From Epithemia pelagica (lineage: Eukaryota; Protista; Bacillariophyta), in contig OX337240.1 of assembly GCA_946965045.2 (NCBI GenBank), positions 310,001-374,000 on the forward strand: 64,000 nucleotides of DNA, given 5' to 3'. A program made the translations under genes and the position numbers. This document shows positions 12,108 through 23,725 of the stretch, piece after piece; position 1 is the stretch's first letter, and each line of letters begins with the position of its first letter. Below the pieces are notes generated by a model that had not been told where the DNA came from, did no database searches, and saw only the letters and a list, made by a program, of their open reading frames with translations.

Positions 12108-13005
12108 ACCACCGGCCGTCCCCACGGAATTGCAAGTGAAGCAAGCCTATCGTCGATTGGCCTTGCACCATCATCCGGATCGATTGCCAGCCACGGCCAC
12201 AAAAGTGGAACGTCGGCACGCCACGCAACGCTTTCAAGACATTAGCCAAGCCTATCATGTTCTGAGTGACACGACGCGTCGGGCCCAGTACGACGCCAGT
12301 CTGTTGCACCACAACAACAACGCCACAGTCTCGACGACAGGAGCACAACAACGCCCCGATGGTGGTGGTTCTCCGTATCAGGCAGCTTCCTCCTTTGTGG
12401 TTCCTCCCTACCACGACACGCACCGGGTGGATCCCTTTGCCCAATTCAATCACTTGTTTCAACACGATGCCTTTTTTCGACAGGCCTTTGACAATCTCGA
12501 ACAAGAATTTGTCCGACACTTTGAACAACAAGACAATAATCCTCCGCACCAACAATCTCCGTCTCCTACTATGGATCCTCCCACACGATCCGGAACAACA
12601 GCAGCAACAACAACAGGAGCAGCAGCACGACAAGCTTCGTCGTCTCGTGCCACCTCGTACCCGAATGCTGGGACTCACCCAGGCATGACCACCAATGGCG
12701 GAGGCGGCAGCGGCGAAGGTTGGTTCTTGTGGGTGTTGCGACAATGTGGCATTCAGGTACACATGACGACCCGGACCGTGAATGCTCACACGGGACACGT
12801 GACGGCCTCGACCTATTCGTCGACTCCACGAACCAGAGGAGGATCGAGTTATACCCACCAACAAATTCGGACGCAAATCGATCCCCGGACCGGACAGCGT
12901 GTCACGATTCGATCCATGGAACGCAATGACAATCGCCTCCAAGAAGCCTACCATGCCACGACGGGACAATTGCTCGAACGACACGTGATTCCCAAACAAG
13001 CATAG
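12040..13005 (+). CDS. J-domain (DnaJ/Hsp40, DNAJB-like) protein
   Basis: HYTVLEL...VKQAYRRLALHHHPD...FQDISQAYHVLSD..RRAQYD contains the HPD motif, followed by a DPFAQFNHLF segment. The upstream extension to 11659 is not conserved in copy A. Confidence 0.9.
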   Translation: MSSSSSSSSSNPNNHYTVLELKPPPAVPTELQVKQAYRRLALHHHPDRLPATATKVERRHATQRFQDISQAYHVLSDTTRRAQYDASLLHHNNNATVSTTGAQQRPDGGGSPYQAASSFVVPPYHDTHRVDPFAQFNHLFQHDAFFRQAFDNLEQEFVRHFEQQDNNPPHQQSPSPTMDPPTRSGTTAATTTGAAARQASSSRATSYPNAGTHPGMTTNGGGGSGEGWFLWVLRQCGIQVHMTTRTVNAHTGHVTASTYSSTPRTRGGSSYTHQQIRTQIDPRTGQRVTIRSMERNDNRLQEAYHATTGQLLERHVIPKQA

Positions 13006-14486
13006 CCATACGAGGGACCACCACCAGAACGACGACAAGAACAACCACCATAGCCCGTGGCCGGATCGTAAAATGCAGTACACGAGTCGAATGGACAAAA
13101 TCCTATTCATGACTTGGTTTCTCGCAAGGCCATATGTCTTGGGGGTCCCAGTCTCTCGAGTTTTTTTTGTGTTGGGAGGGATAGTTGGTATTCCAGGCCG
13201 TTGGTTCGTGTGCCACGGCAAATCACACACAGAGAGAGAACCATGAGCGACACGTGTGTGTGTGTGTGTGTGTGTGTGTATTCATTATCTTCCAGGAAAT
13301 CGAATGGCTCACCCAAGATGCACACATTCACAAGGATACAAACCACCATTGGCCAATCTAGATCTATACATGTCCATGGAATGCGCCGATCCCCCATTTT
13401 GTGGCAGTACTAGGAAACCAATCGGATATTCATTACCCGGTTTCGTGTATCTCGACACGGAATTTATTTTCGCTAGAGTATAGAGCTCTCGTACCACGGA
13501 CTGTAGTTTGTAGGAGTGGCACCCAAAACGATTTGCCGGGGAGCTCCAAAAAATATATCGGGCATGGTACCCGCAGCTTGTGGATGGGAGCACAGTTTGG
13601 AACCTGCGTGCAATCCTTGTGTGTGTGTTCGATCGATGGATTTCCAGCTGCTTCCACTACCATTATGAGTGTAGCACGGACACAGCACCCGGTAACTTTG
13701 TTCTTCTCTCTAGAATATTATATTTAGATCTTTGTGGTGGTTTCATCGACACAACCAAAAGACACTACCTCTCGATTCTGTAGCTAGTAGTAGTAGAGAA
13801 TAGATGCCAGTCGAGGGCGGTTGGAACTATGGTATGGTAGACAAGCAGGATTCCCTGTGAGAAACAATCGTGCAGTGGCGTGCTGGGACAGTCTCCCAGA
13901 GATCTACACCAGCAGGTTCGGACAGAGGACCGCATTCCGAATCATCCACGCACACCTTTTGCTACTCCAGAGAGAAGGCGGTATCCCCATATTGAAGTGA
14001 GAATGGCTGACTGTGTTACTCCGGAATGACAGTCGCCTCGCGCTACCAGCTTCCGGCAGACGGAGCTACCTCCACCGCGCTGGCCGGACCACGGAACTAT
14101 TCCAACCTCCAAACTCCAAGCCGGCGCGCATGTTCCGTGTTCCGTAACAAACATTGGATGGTTTGAAACCAGAACCAAGACAGTAATAACAATAAACAAT
14201 ATGTGTTTGAGATGAGAAACAACACACAACACTACGATATGTGTACACTACTTGTAGATAGTTCTGCTAGGAATGTGATGGTGAACTCCTCTCGTTCATT
14301 CATTCTCTCATTATTTTTGGGCTTTGCCAAGAAAGACAAAAGCAGATTGGTTGCCATTTTGTGTTTCTCGTATCTCTCCCATCCTCCTCCTCTCGTTTCG
14401 GAAGAACCAACGCTCTGTACTCATATTTCGTGGTGGACCCCCAAGAATACTCCAAGACACTTTTTTTCTCAAGCAGTATCATCAAA

Positions 14487-14744
14487 ATGTTGGGCCATAC
14501 TTGTCGTTTGACGCTCTTGGTCTGGATGGTTCTTGTGGTTCTCGATCCAGTCTCGTGGACCGGGGTGGAAGCCGCCCGACGCATTGCCAAACTGGCTCCT
14601 CGGTATCATTACGAAGGAACCGCCACAACGACTGGGACTGCATCGACTGAAACCACTCCACCACGACGTCGTCGCCGTCGTGGTCGTCGTCGCCGCAACC
14701 TCGCCCAACATGCGGTCCCGACCATTCGTCCCACGGCTGCCTAA
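14487..14744 (+). CDS. Putative 85-aa secreted Arg-rich peptide
   Basis: Signal-peptide-like MLGHTCRLTLLVWMVLVVLDPVSWTGVEA, then a Thr-rich stretch and RRRRRRGRRRRNL. No homology evidence. Confidence 0.35.
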   Translation: MLGHTCRLTLLVWMVLVVLDPVSWTGVEAARRIAKLAPRYHYEGTATTTGTASTETTPPRRRRRRGRRRRNLAQHAVPTIRPTAA

Positions 14745-15562
14745 CATCAAGACCCAAACACATGGAGTCCTTTTCATCTCACTTGACGACACTGTGGATC
14801 GACGAGCCGGTGCTCAATAATGTGTATAGTATGATTCTTCCAAGTCGCCAGAGAAACAACCAACACACACACACACACGGCCAAACGAGTGTGCAACCAC
14901 ACACTATATACAAATGTGGAACGACCACACGAACAAGACTGTAGTAACTCTCGTAAATCTTTCTCCACGGCTCTCGTTTCTACTACCTCTATAGTGTAGA
15001 TAGTAGTATTGGAAAATTCCATACGACAGAGACTGCTGGAGAGCAAGGTTTTTTTCGTCCTTGGATGGTTTCTCTAGTGTCGTGGTCCCCCAAGAGACAG
15101 CGACATGGATGTGCGGTGCATATACATTCTGGACCGGAAGCGGACCGGCCGTTCCTCCTGTTTCGTCATTCTCGCCCCACAAGAGCGAGACACAAAGCGC
15201 GAAAAGAAATCATTGTGCTCCTCCATCCAACTACTAAACTCTTCCACAGACAGCGACACCAAAAAGAGGACGACAGTGGACACGAGAATCATACTATAAG
15301 ACACGAACAGGACCCAACGAGAGCTATATACCCAGTAGAGAGAGAATGACATTTGTTGGAGTGCAATTGTCATCTTTATATCGTATCATATCTACCAACC
15401 ATTCTCTCTCTCTATCGTGCTAGTGTAGTATCCGCTCTATCGACCAACCGACCGTCGTTCCATCATGAGCCGTTTGTCATTTCCCGTATATACTAAATTT
15501 TATGGAGGGTTCCAAGATGAAGGACCACCACAACTACAAGAGGATGTTCCTCCTCCTCCTCC

Positions 15563-17449
15563 TCAAAGGGCTTGTTGGGTGTTTCGTCGGGGCACAAAGT
15601 CCATGGCGGGCAAATAGGCCGTCGTCAAAGTTTCCATGCCATATGGCACGTGGGTCCAATGGGTATAGGGAACTTGGCCCGTTTGTGGATCGGCCGCAAT
15701 GGACCATTCCCACTGGACCGCCAAATTGGCCAACAAGGCGGCCAATTCCAACTGGGCGACGCGACTGCCGGGACATTTCCGAGCGCCTTGCGAAAAGGGT
15801 CCCTTGAAAAAGGCATGGTCGACAATTTCCGACCGCGTCCCCTGTCGCGCTTGAATGGCGGCGGGCAAGAACCGTTCCGGATCAAAATCCCAGACATCCT
15901 TATTTGGGTTGTAGTCCTGCCAATACTCGGGTTGCACGCCGGTGGACAGGCTGTCCAAAATGACATTGGTCCGGGCGGGAATTTCCACTCCATGAATCAT
16001 GACGGGGTTCGGAAAGCGCTTGTGGGGAATCAAGGGCGCTGGATTGGCCAGGCGATGACTTTCGCGAATACAGGCATGCAAATAGGGGGCATTGCGGGGC
16101 AGCACCGATTCCGGTGTGACTTGCAAGGTGTCGGCCGATCCTCCATGCCAGTGCAATTGTTCCAAATAAATGCGCTCTTGGGCCTCGGGCGAAAAGGCCA
16201 AGTGCAAGAGTTTCCACGACGCATTGTTGGCGGTCGTATCGACGCCAGCCGCCAAGAAGCCCGGCACCAGTGATTCGGCCTCTTGCAAGGTCAAGGGAGT
16301 TGGCTGGTTCTTCTTGGTATTCTTGTGGTTGTCGTCTTGGTCTTGTTGTTGAGTCTTGGCCCGTTGCAGGGCCGTCATGGTATAGGAATTCCGTTCCAAT
16401 TCCGTCAGGGTCGTGGGATCCTTGGCCACCAAGGCTTGAATTTGTTGGCGGGCATGGGCATCGGCCGCTTGCCAATGCCGTTCAAAGTGTCGATAGCGTT
16501 GCGTCGACAGACCCAAGACTTGGACACATAATTTTTGCCACGGACTGCGCATGAGTTGCGTATTGGTGGAAAAGGCTTGGGACACGTGGTGACAAAAGTC
16601 GGCCGCCGCCGCATCGGTGGTCGTATTGGGATCCGTCAAGCGCGGACACTGACCCATCATGAGATTGGAAAACATGTCAAACGAGGCATGAACCAAAAAG
16701 TCATTCAAGCCGCGATTCGTGTGGGCATACGAGGGGACACCCTGAGCGGCCCAGGCAGCCGCTTGACAAATGGCCGGCAGGTAGCGTTCGCTACTGGTCG
16801 GACTGAGCAAGTCGGATTGGACAAAGGTTCGGACACGTTTCCACTCGGGTCCGCCGGGAGCAAAAAAGTATTGCGCCACACTGTGTTGCTGTTGCAAAAA
16901 TCGACCAAAGGCAAAACTCGATTCGGCCGCCCCACTGGGATGCGGTCCCTCTTGTCGCAACAAGCCCGCCATGACATGCGGATCTTGAATCACGTAGACG
17001 GTACCAAACAAGCCCGAGCCCAATCCGGGCAAGCCAAAGGAATAAAAGTCCCCAAAGCGTTGCCGCATCTCGGGCCAATAGGACAGTCGGCCAAATTTTG
17101 GGGGCGTTCCCGAATACCGCGACACGAGCGATCCGACAATGGGCAATTTGGGAACGTGCACCAAGGTGGGTACGGCCGCAGTCGTTGTGGTAGTGCTGGT
17201 TCGAGGTGGTGAAGTCGTTCGTGCCGTGGATGATGCTGGTGGTGAGGATGCTACGGATGTCGAGAAGAACCCAGCAGCATTCCTGTGGGGATTGGTGGTG
17301 GGGGTGGTGGTCCTCTCTGGCACTGGATGCATCATCGCACCATTAACGACACGGGGGTGGTGACCCGCAAGACGACGACCAAAAAGAAGGGAACCATGGT
17401 GGTGGTGCAGCATGCTTGTTTGTCTCAGTGTCCTCCAGCACCGTGTCAT
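15563..17449 (-). CDS. Cytochrome P450 (mitochondrial-clan-like), divergent paralog 1
   Basis: I-helix FLAAGVDTT, K-helix ESHR, FDPERF, heme motif FSQGARKCPG. The N-terminus is R/S/T-rich and lacks a TM anchor. Confidence 0.95.
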   Translation of the reverse strand: MTRCWRTLRQTSMLHHHHGSLLFGRRLAGHHPRVVNGAMMHPVPERTTTPTTNPHRNAAGFFSTSVASSPPASSTARTTSPPRTSTTTTTAAVPTLVHVPKLPIVGSLVSRYSGTPPKFGRLSYWPEMRQRFGDFYSFGLPGLGSGLFGTVYVIQDPHVMAGLLRQEGPHPSGAAESSFAFGRFLQQQHSVAQYFFAPGGPEWKRVRTFVQSDLLSPTSSERYLPAICQAAAWAAQGVPSYAHTNRGLNDFLVHASFDMFSNLMMGQCPRLTDPNTTTDAAAADFCHHVSQAFSTNTQLMRSPWQKLCVQVLGLSTQRYRHFERHWQAADAHARQQIQALVAKDPTTLTELERNSYTMTALQRAKTQQQDQDDNHKNTKKNQPTPLTLQEAESLVPGFLAAGVDTTANNASWKLLHLAFSPEAQERIYLEQLHWHGGSADTLQVTPESVLPRNAPYLHACIRESHRLANPAPLIPHKRFPNPVMIHGVEIPARTNVILDSLSTGVQPEYWQDYNPNKDVWDFDPERFLPAAIQARQGTRSEIVDHAFFKGPFSQGARKCPGSRVAQLELAALLANLAVQWEWSIAADPQTGQVPYTHWTHVPYGMETLTTAYLPAMDFVPRRNTQQAL

Positions 17450-17555
17450 GTTTGTGTGTTTGTTTGCTTGTTTGTTGGAACTCTTGCTGTTTGCTACGGA
17501 ACGCAAGAACTTTTGTCTTCTTCTTCTTCTGCTGCTGTTTCGTTTCTCTCGGTCT

Positions 17556-17560
<5 letters not shown>

Positions 17561-17594
<34 letters not shown>
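17561..17594. repeat. (CT)n microsatellite upstream of P450 paralog 1
   Basis: Seen directly. Confidence 0.95.
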
Positions 17595-17598
<4 letters not shown>

Positions 17599-18830
17599 CT
17601 TTGAATGGAACCCGACAGATGATGATTCGGAGGATAGAAACTACAAATACCCTCTCTCTCTCTAAGAGTATTATCTATTCGGCATTCGGCATTCTGATGC
17701 TCCAAACCCCAACAGGTATTTGGGGGGGGGTCGATGCCAAAACCACAAACCACGTCAGCAGCTTCTCTACCCCCCCATTTTCAATCCTTTCTCTGCGGGG
17801 GGGGGGGTGGATGGGGAATGGGGAAGCGCATCGACGGCTCGAATGGCTAGGTAGGTAGAATGGTTTCGTTCGAAGGATAGTGTGTCTGCTTTCTAGCTCT
17901 ACTTACTTCGGCTGCTCCTGGATTCAAATCTCTCACACACCATCCATGTCTTTAATGTCTCTTCTTTCATATATTCGAACAATTATTACCGTGAATCCTG
18001 CATATTCAGTGGAATCATGGTATGGGAGATGGATGGGAGATTTTTGGTGCCGTTGGCGTGACGTCGGCAGTTGGCGCGTGGTCGAATCCAAACGGGCGCC
18101 AAATGGAAACTGCTGGAAAGCGTGTGCTGCCTGCGGGTGTGGCGCATCCTCATCCTCATGTTCCTATCCATTCTAGAGTAGAGTAGCCTTACGAACAACC
18201 CTCGGGATACTAATAGAGCGAAGCAGGATTGCGCGAGTAGGAGTAGCTTTGACCCTTCGCGAGCAGACGGAAAACGGGATAGAACAACATAAAACTAGAA
18301 AAGGAGAGGTACAGGAGAGAGAGAGAGAACTGGCACCCAAACAATAGGTCCTGCGCGAACGGTAGATCTTCTACTCGTAGAGAGTGATTGTGATCGAGGT
18401 CTCGACTAGGTTGGACCGACACGAGATTTTCTCCTCCGTAACTATTACAGTCTCGTAGAAATCATTGTACTCCACAGACCAAAACAGTGGACACTTTTAT
18501 CCATACCCTGATACATTATAGTTATTGAGTTCCCCTCTAGAGTAGGATGATGATGATGATTCTTGTGTTCCCCTAGTAGGATGATGATGATGATGATTGT
18601 CGGTTGGATGCTATGCCCAACCCTGGGTTGGTCGTCTGTCTTTCGTATGTGTGTGTGTGTATTCTCATTCATTTGTTCTCTGTAGGAGATCCGATTTTTT
18701 GTGTCGACACATGTAACATGCTGATGGTTGGACCCGCATGATAATAAGATGGGGCATTCCGTAATGAGGATAGTATAGAACCACCAACAGAGATACTAGT
18801 TGTCCACATTCAAGTGGATGGGATGGCAGT

Positions 18831-21800
18831 TCAATTACAACCTTCCGTAAACTGCCAATTGAAAACTTCATGATAGGCCGGTTTCTTGTTTGCTGTGCCC
18901 GCCGTAAAGCCCATGTAGACAGTGGACTGCAGTGGATCCAGTATGGTACTTAGATCAAACGTGGCTTCTTGGAGTGCGGATGCGGATGCACCAGCTCTAG
19001 AATTCCCTTGGTTGTTGATCAAAACGACAAGATTTGTGCTCTTGGTCGGACAGTATTCGATCCATATTTTACCATAATTCGAAGGACTCCCACAGGTATC
19101 CGCTTGGAACGAGGCGCTATTCGCGCTGTTGATGGTCTGCAAGCTGCCCGTATTTGTATTTTGACGTATCGCTAGAAGTCCGCCATCTGAAACGAAACGA
19201 AAAGGAAAAAACAAGCCACGAATGCAATTCGAAAGGTCAGTATTGGTAAAACATCAATATCGTCAAAAAAGAACAATAAGACAGTCATTTTGCGTTACTT
19301 CTTGCAGCCAATTCAACGAAAAAAAACCGGGAGAAATGGCAGTGGTACCGCTCCCGTGACTTCCAAGATCTTCTCCTATCCCACCCAAGGATGTCAAACC
19401 GTCAGAGTCTTGATGCATCACAAACACCAAACCTTCGCCACCACCGCCACCTCCGCCAGCGCTAGTATTAAGTTCGTCTTTGCATATATTGTACTCAAAC
19501 GACGTGGTAAAGCTAAAGGAAGGGTCGCTGAAATCATACGACAGTATGGCGGACGTGGCAACATTTTTTTCGGTGTTGTCTGTCAAACGCAAAAACCACT
19601 TGCCCGAGCCGGCAATCGTCTCCAACTTGGGATGTGTGGTTGTTCCTATTCGATTCTCCGTAAACGTGGAGCCAGAACAATCAAATCCGTCCGAGAAATC
19701 TTGACCCAATGGTGTTCTAGTCGGCGCACTTGTAGGTGCCATGGATGGTTCCTTTGTAGGCGTGCCCGTTGGATTTGTCGTTGTTCGACTAGTCGATTGT
19801 TCCGTTGCAGACAGGGTAGGTCCGTCGGTCGGACTGGACGTCGGACTCGACGTCGATACCACAGGAGCATTGGTTGGTAGCTCCGTGGGGGATTGCGTAG
19901 GCCAACTGGTAAGACTCGCTGTTGGAAGGGATGCTGTGGGGGACACCGTGGGCATGTCGGTCGGCACAGAGGTTGGATTTGACGTCGTTGGAGCTTTGGT
20001 TGGCACACCTGTAGGAGAGAATGTAGGTTGTTTGGATGGATCCGATGTTGGCGGGAACGTTGTCGGGAAGACCGTAGGCATGTCCGTCGGTTCCCCGGAC
20101 GGACTTGACGTCACTGGTGCTATGCTTGGTTCCGGCGTGTCAATCGGGGACAATGTTGGCGACGATGTTGGCCTTGATATTGGAGTTTCGGTTGGTAGAG
20201 AAGTTGGACCAGAGGTTGGCACTGGCGTGTCAATCGAAGACAATGTTGGTGACGATGTTGGCCTTGATGTCGGAGTTTCGGTTGGTAGAGACGTTGGACC
20301 ATAGGTGGGCATTGGTGTGTCAATCGGGGACAATGTGGGTGACGATGTTGGACTTGATGTCGCAGTTTTGGTTGGTAGAGACGTTGGACCATAGGTGGGC
20401 ACTGGCGTGTCAATCGTGGACAATGTTGGTGACGATGTTGGCCTTGATGTCGGAGTTTCGGTTGGTAGAGACGTTGGACCATAGGTGGGCACTGGCGTGT
20501 CAATCGGGGACGATGTGGGTGACGATGTTGGCCTTGATGTCGGAGTTTCGGTTGGTAGAGACGTTGGACCATTGGTGGGCACTGGCGTGTCAATCGTCGG
20601 AGACAATGTTGGTGACGATGTTGGACTTGATATTGGAGTTTCGGTTGGTGTTTGTAGAACGGTTGGATCTTTAGTAGTGGGTGCCGCCGTGTCGATTCGG
20701 GGAGACACCGTAGGACTGTCTGTTGGAGGAGCCACTACTGGTTCCGTGGGAGACACGGTCGGTAGTCCGGTTGGTAAGGAACTTGAAGGTTCACTGGTCG
20801 GCGATTGTGTGGGAGCCGGTGGAGTCAAAAACAAGTCTTCCTCTTCCACGACATTTGCGACTGGAGGCAACCCTGTTGGTGGTTCGGATGGTTGTGTCGA
20901 AGGTTCGGTGGTAGATGGTTCCATGGTAGATGGTGCTGTGGTAGGTGTTTTTGTGGGCTGCCCTGTGGATGGTTCCATGGTGGACGGTGCCTCTGTGCTT
21001 ATTGGTTGTAGTGTGGATGGTTCCATACTGGTTGGTTCCATACTGGTCGGCTCCATGGTTGGTTCCAGTGTTTGCTCCAGAATCGTGGATTCCATGGTCG
21101 TTGGTTCTATGGTAGGCTCAATTGTAGGATCAATAGAGGGCTCCATGGTTGGCTCGATGGTTACTTCCATTGAAGTTGGTTCCAGGGATGACGGTTTCTC
21201 GGAAGGTTGCCAACTGGGACTGGGAGTAGGGTCCATGGCATCCCGTATATATTCCAAAACCGTAGGCAGGGACGTTGGCCAGGGTGAGGTGGATCCAACC
21301 GTAGGACTTGCCGTAGGATCCTTCGTGATACTACTAGTTGGAATGGGGGTATTCGCGCGAGGAGGAGGGTCTGCTTCAAACAAGTCTTGACTTCCACGAG
21401 TCTCACGGACGGCGACGGAGGGTTGTTCGGAGGGCACCATGCTCAGTACCGAACTGGAGTTGGACAGCAAGTCTTGCACCAAGGCGTTGGCAGCTTGGAC
21501 CAATTCGGCTGTTTCTTGAGGAGGAGTAGCATTGGCCGGGACAATGGCGGGAAGCAATTCGTCAATGGTCAAGGGTCCCACCCCCGTGAAACTGGTGACC
21601 GTCACGAGACTCAAAAACAAGACCAACAGCACAATCAAGAGCCAAAGGGACTTTTCTGCCAGAACCATCCACCAATTGTGGAGACTGGATTGTGACGCTA
21701 ACAAGGCGGCTTGACCGACCCCACTTTGTGGATTCAGCGTGACGGATCCGGTACCGGCGGCACCCATCCCCGCAGCAGTGGCCGGAGGAGATAAAATGCC

Positions 21801-22292
21801 TTGACTCAGGGCCTGATTAATCATGCGACTATGTTGCAATTTAAAGTTCCTCAATGCTTGTTGATAGGAGGGAGGAAGGTTGGCGAGCGTTGGGTTGGCT
21901 GGAGGGGTAGCATTGGTAGTAGGGCTGGGAGTAGTAGTATTGGTAGTTGGATTGGTATTTTCCAAGGAATTGTCCAATAAATTATTGTTGTTTTGGTTCA
22001 AGTCGTCAGGATCGAGAGATAGATCGTCGTCTTGTTGTTGTGGTTGTTCTTGCTCTTGTTGTTGTTCTTGGTCTTGTTGGTCTCGATTTTTCTCGTCATC
22101 CTCAGTATTGTCTCGATCTCTGTCCTCGCGGTTCTTGTCATCCGGATCATTGTCGTCGTCATCACTCCTTGTATTATTCGTACTATTGTTCGAATCTTGT
22201 TCGGGTACTTGTGGGGAATCGTTTGGATCCAGCGTAGTGTTGGAAACGAATTAGTCCATAAACTGGGAGGAGGGTTGGACGGTGGACGTCAT
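18831..22292 (-). CDS. Type II membrane mucin-like protein with C-terminal legume-type lectin domain (disrupted as assembled)
   Basis: ATG 22292 is homologous to the start of 23726..28151, with in-frame TAA at codon 14 (22251-22253). TM helix at ~21590-21650, then a PT/PS stalk. Lectin motifs GEGLVFVMHQD and DLSTILD..VYMGFTAGT...HEVFNWQF. The predicted intron 19187..19298 needs one extra T in the run at 19319-19326, or a weaker upstream GT donor. Confidence 0.75.
20131..20640 (-). repeat. Coding tandem repeat, 90 nt (30 aa), ~6 copies
   Basis: Units start at 20131, 20221, 20311, 20401, 20491 and 20581; peptide PTLSPIDTPVPTYGPTSLPTETPTSRPTSS. Confidence 0.95.
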
Positions 22293-23725
22293 GATGATTC
22301 CAATCTAGTAATAATACAAGTAGATTGTTTGCAGGCACCGCAAATGACCACGAGACAGAAACGAGGCGTCTTTCTTCTTCTCTCTGGTCGACACGCAGTC
22401 CCAATGGCTGCCGCACGATAAGGACGAAGAAGATGCAAGGAATGGAATGGAGCGCTCAATCGTTTCGTTGGCTCTTGTGGTTGTTGTTGTTGCTGCAGGC
22501 GTGAATGAGATGACAATACTCTCAACTACTGCGTAGTACACAATCCCATTGAATCTGTATCGTGTACGAGTGGGAGATTACTCGTAGTTGAGGCTTCATG
22601 AAGAAGACGACAATCGTCGTCTCTCATCGGTTTAAGCAAACAAACCAGTTACCCATGAAACACAATGGCCCATGTCCTTACACTTATCAAAACGAGACCA
22701 CGGTTTTAGTCGCCGCTCCGCCTTTTTGGTTTCCCCCAGACTTTGGGTATTCCCGAGTGGTATCTCTCTGTTTATGCCGGATGTTTGTTGGGACATGACC
22801 GTCTGCAAAGCCCCATCCAATTATTCGTACAAGGAAGAGTCACCAGAGTCATGACGAACGGATTTGTTTTCCAGGGCTTATGTAAAAGTCATCGTACTGG
22901 AGCTGGCCCCTGGCATTCCAAAAACTGCAAGAAAGGTTGGGCATCTTCCAGGACTCATTCCGTCACGAGTCACGATGTCGGTCGCGCTAAAAAATAGATG
23001 GGCAAAATGTCGGGAGCTACCCAAGAGATAAACTGCATAGATGTTGGACTTCTTGACAATGCCGGGCAAAGTCTTGTAGAGAAAAATCTGTATGGCTCCA
23101 TGGACACAGGATGAAGCGAACCGGAACGGCAGACACAGCCACGCGCTGTTCTTTTGTAGCATTACTATCCATTGCTTTTCGTAGTTCAGCACAACGTTCG
23201 TATGGTTTTCTTTCGACGACTCGGAAAGTGCATCACCAACGTCGCTGATGGTGGTGAACTTGGAACCGAAGAAACCACGGAAGGACGTGGCTACTGGATT
23301 GACACAGGTGGCACCGTGTTCAGGTCCCGAAACGACTCGCGGACGTTGTTGACATTGAGCAACACACGTATTCCGAACCAAAAGAATTCTCTACCCCGAT
23401 TGGATTATATGTTACCATGCTGGTCCACCAGCATCTGTGCGATTGTCACAACCCAATGTGGTTGCGACTCCTACAACCAAAAAGAGTAAAAGCCTGGCGT
23501 TGTCCAACGTTCTTTCTCGGGAAAAGACCAGCAACGCACCGCCTGACCAAGAAGACAAAAGATGCGCTTCCACGGTGGAAGCGATCTCTCCGTAATAGTC
23601 TGTATTCGTCAGAAGGAAGTTTGCAGTCGCTAAGAAAATCAGGAAAGCTGGCATCAGGTTTAGGTGATGAGTGATTCAAGCGCTATATGGTCCCGGTGAT
23701 GAGCTGCTCCAGTGTTCTAGCGCTT

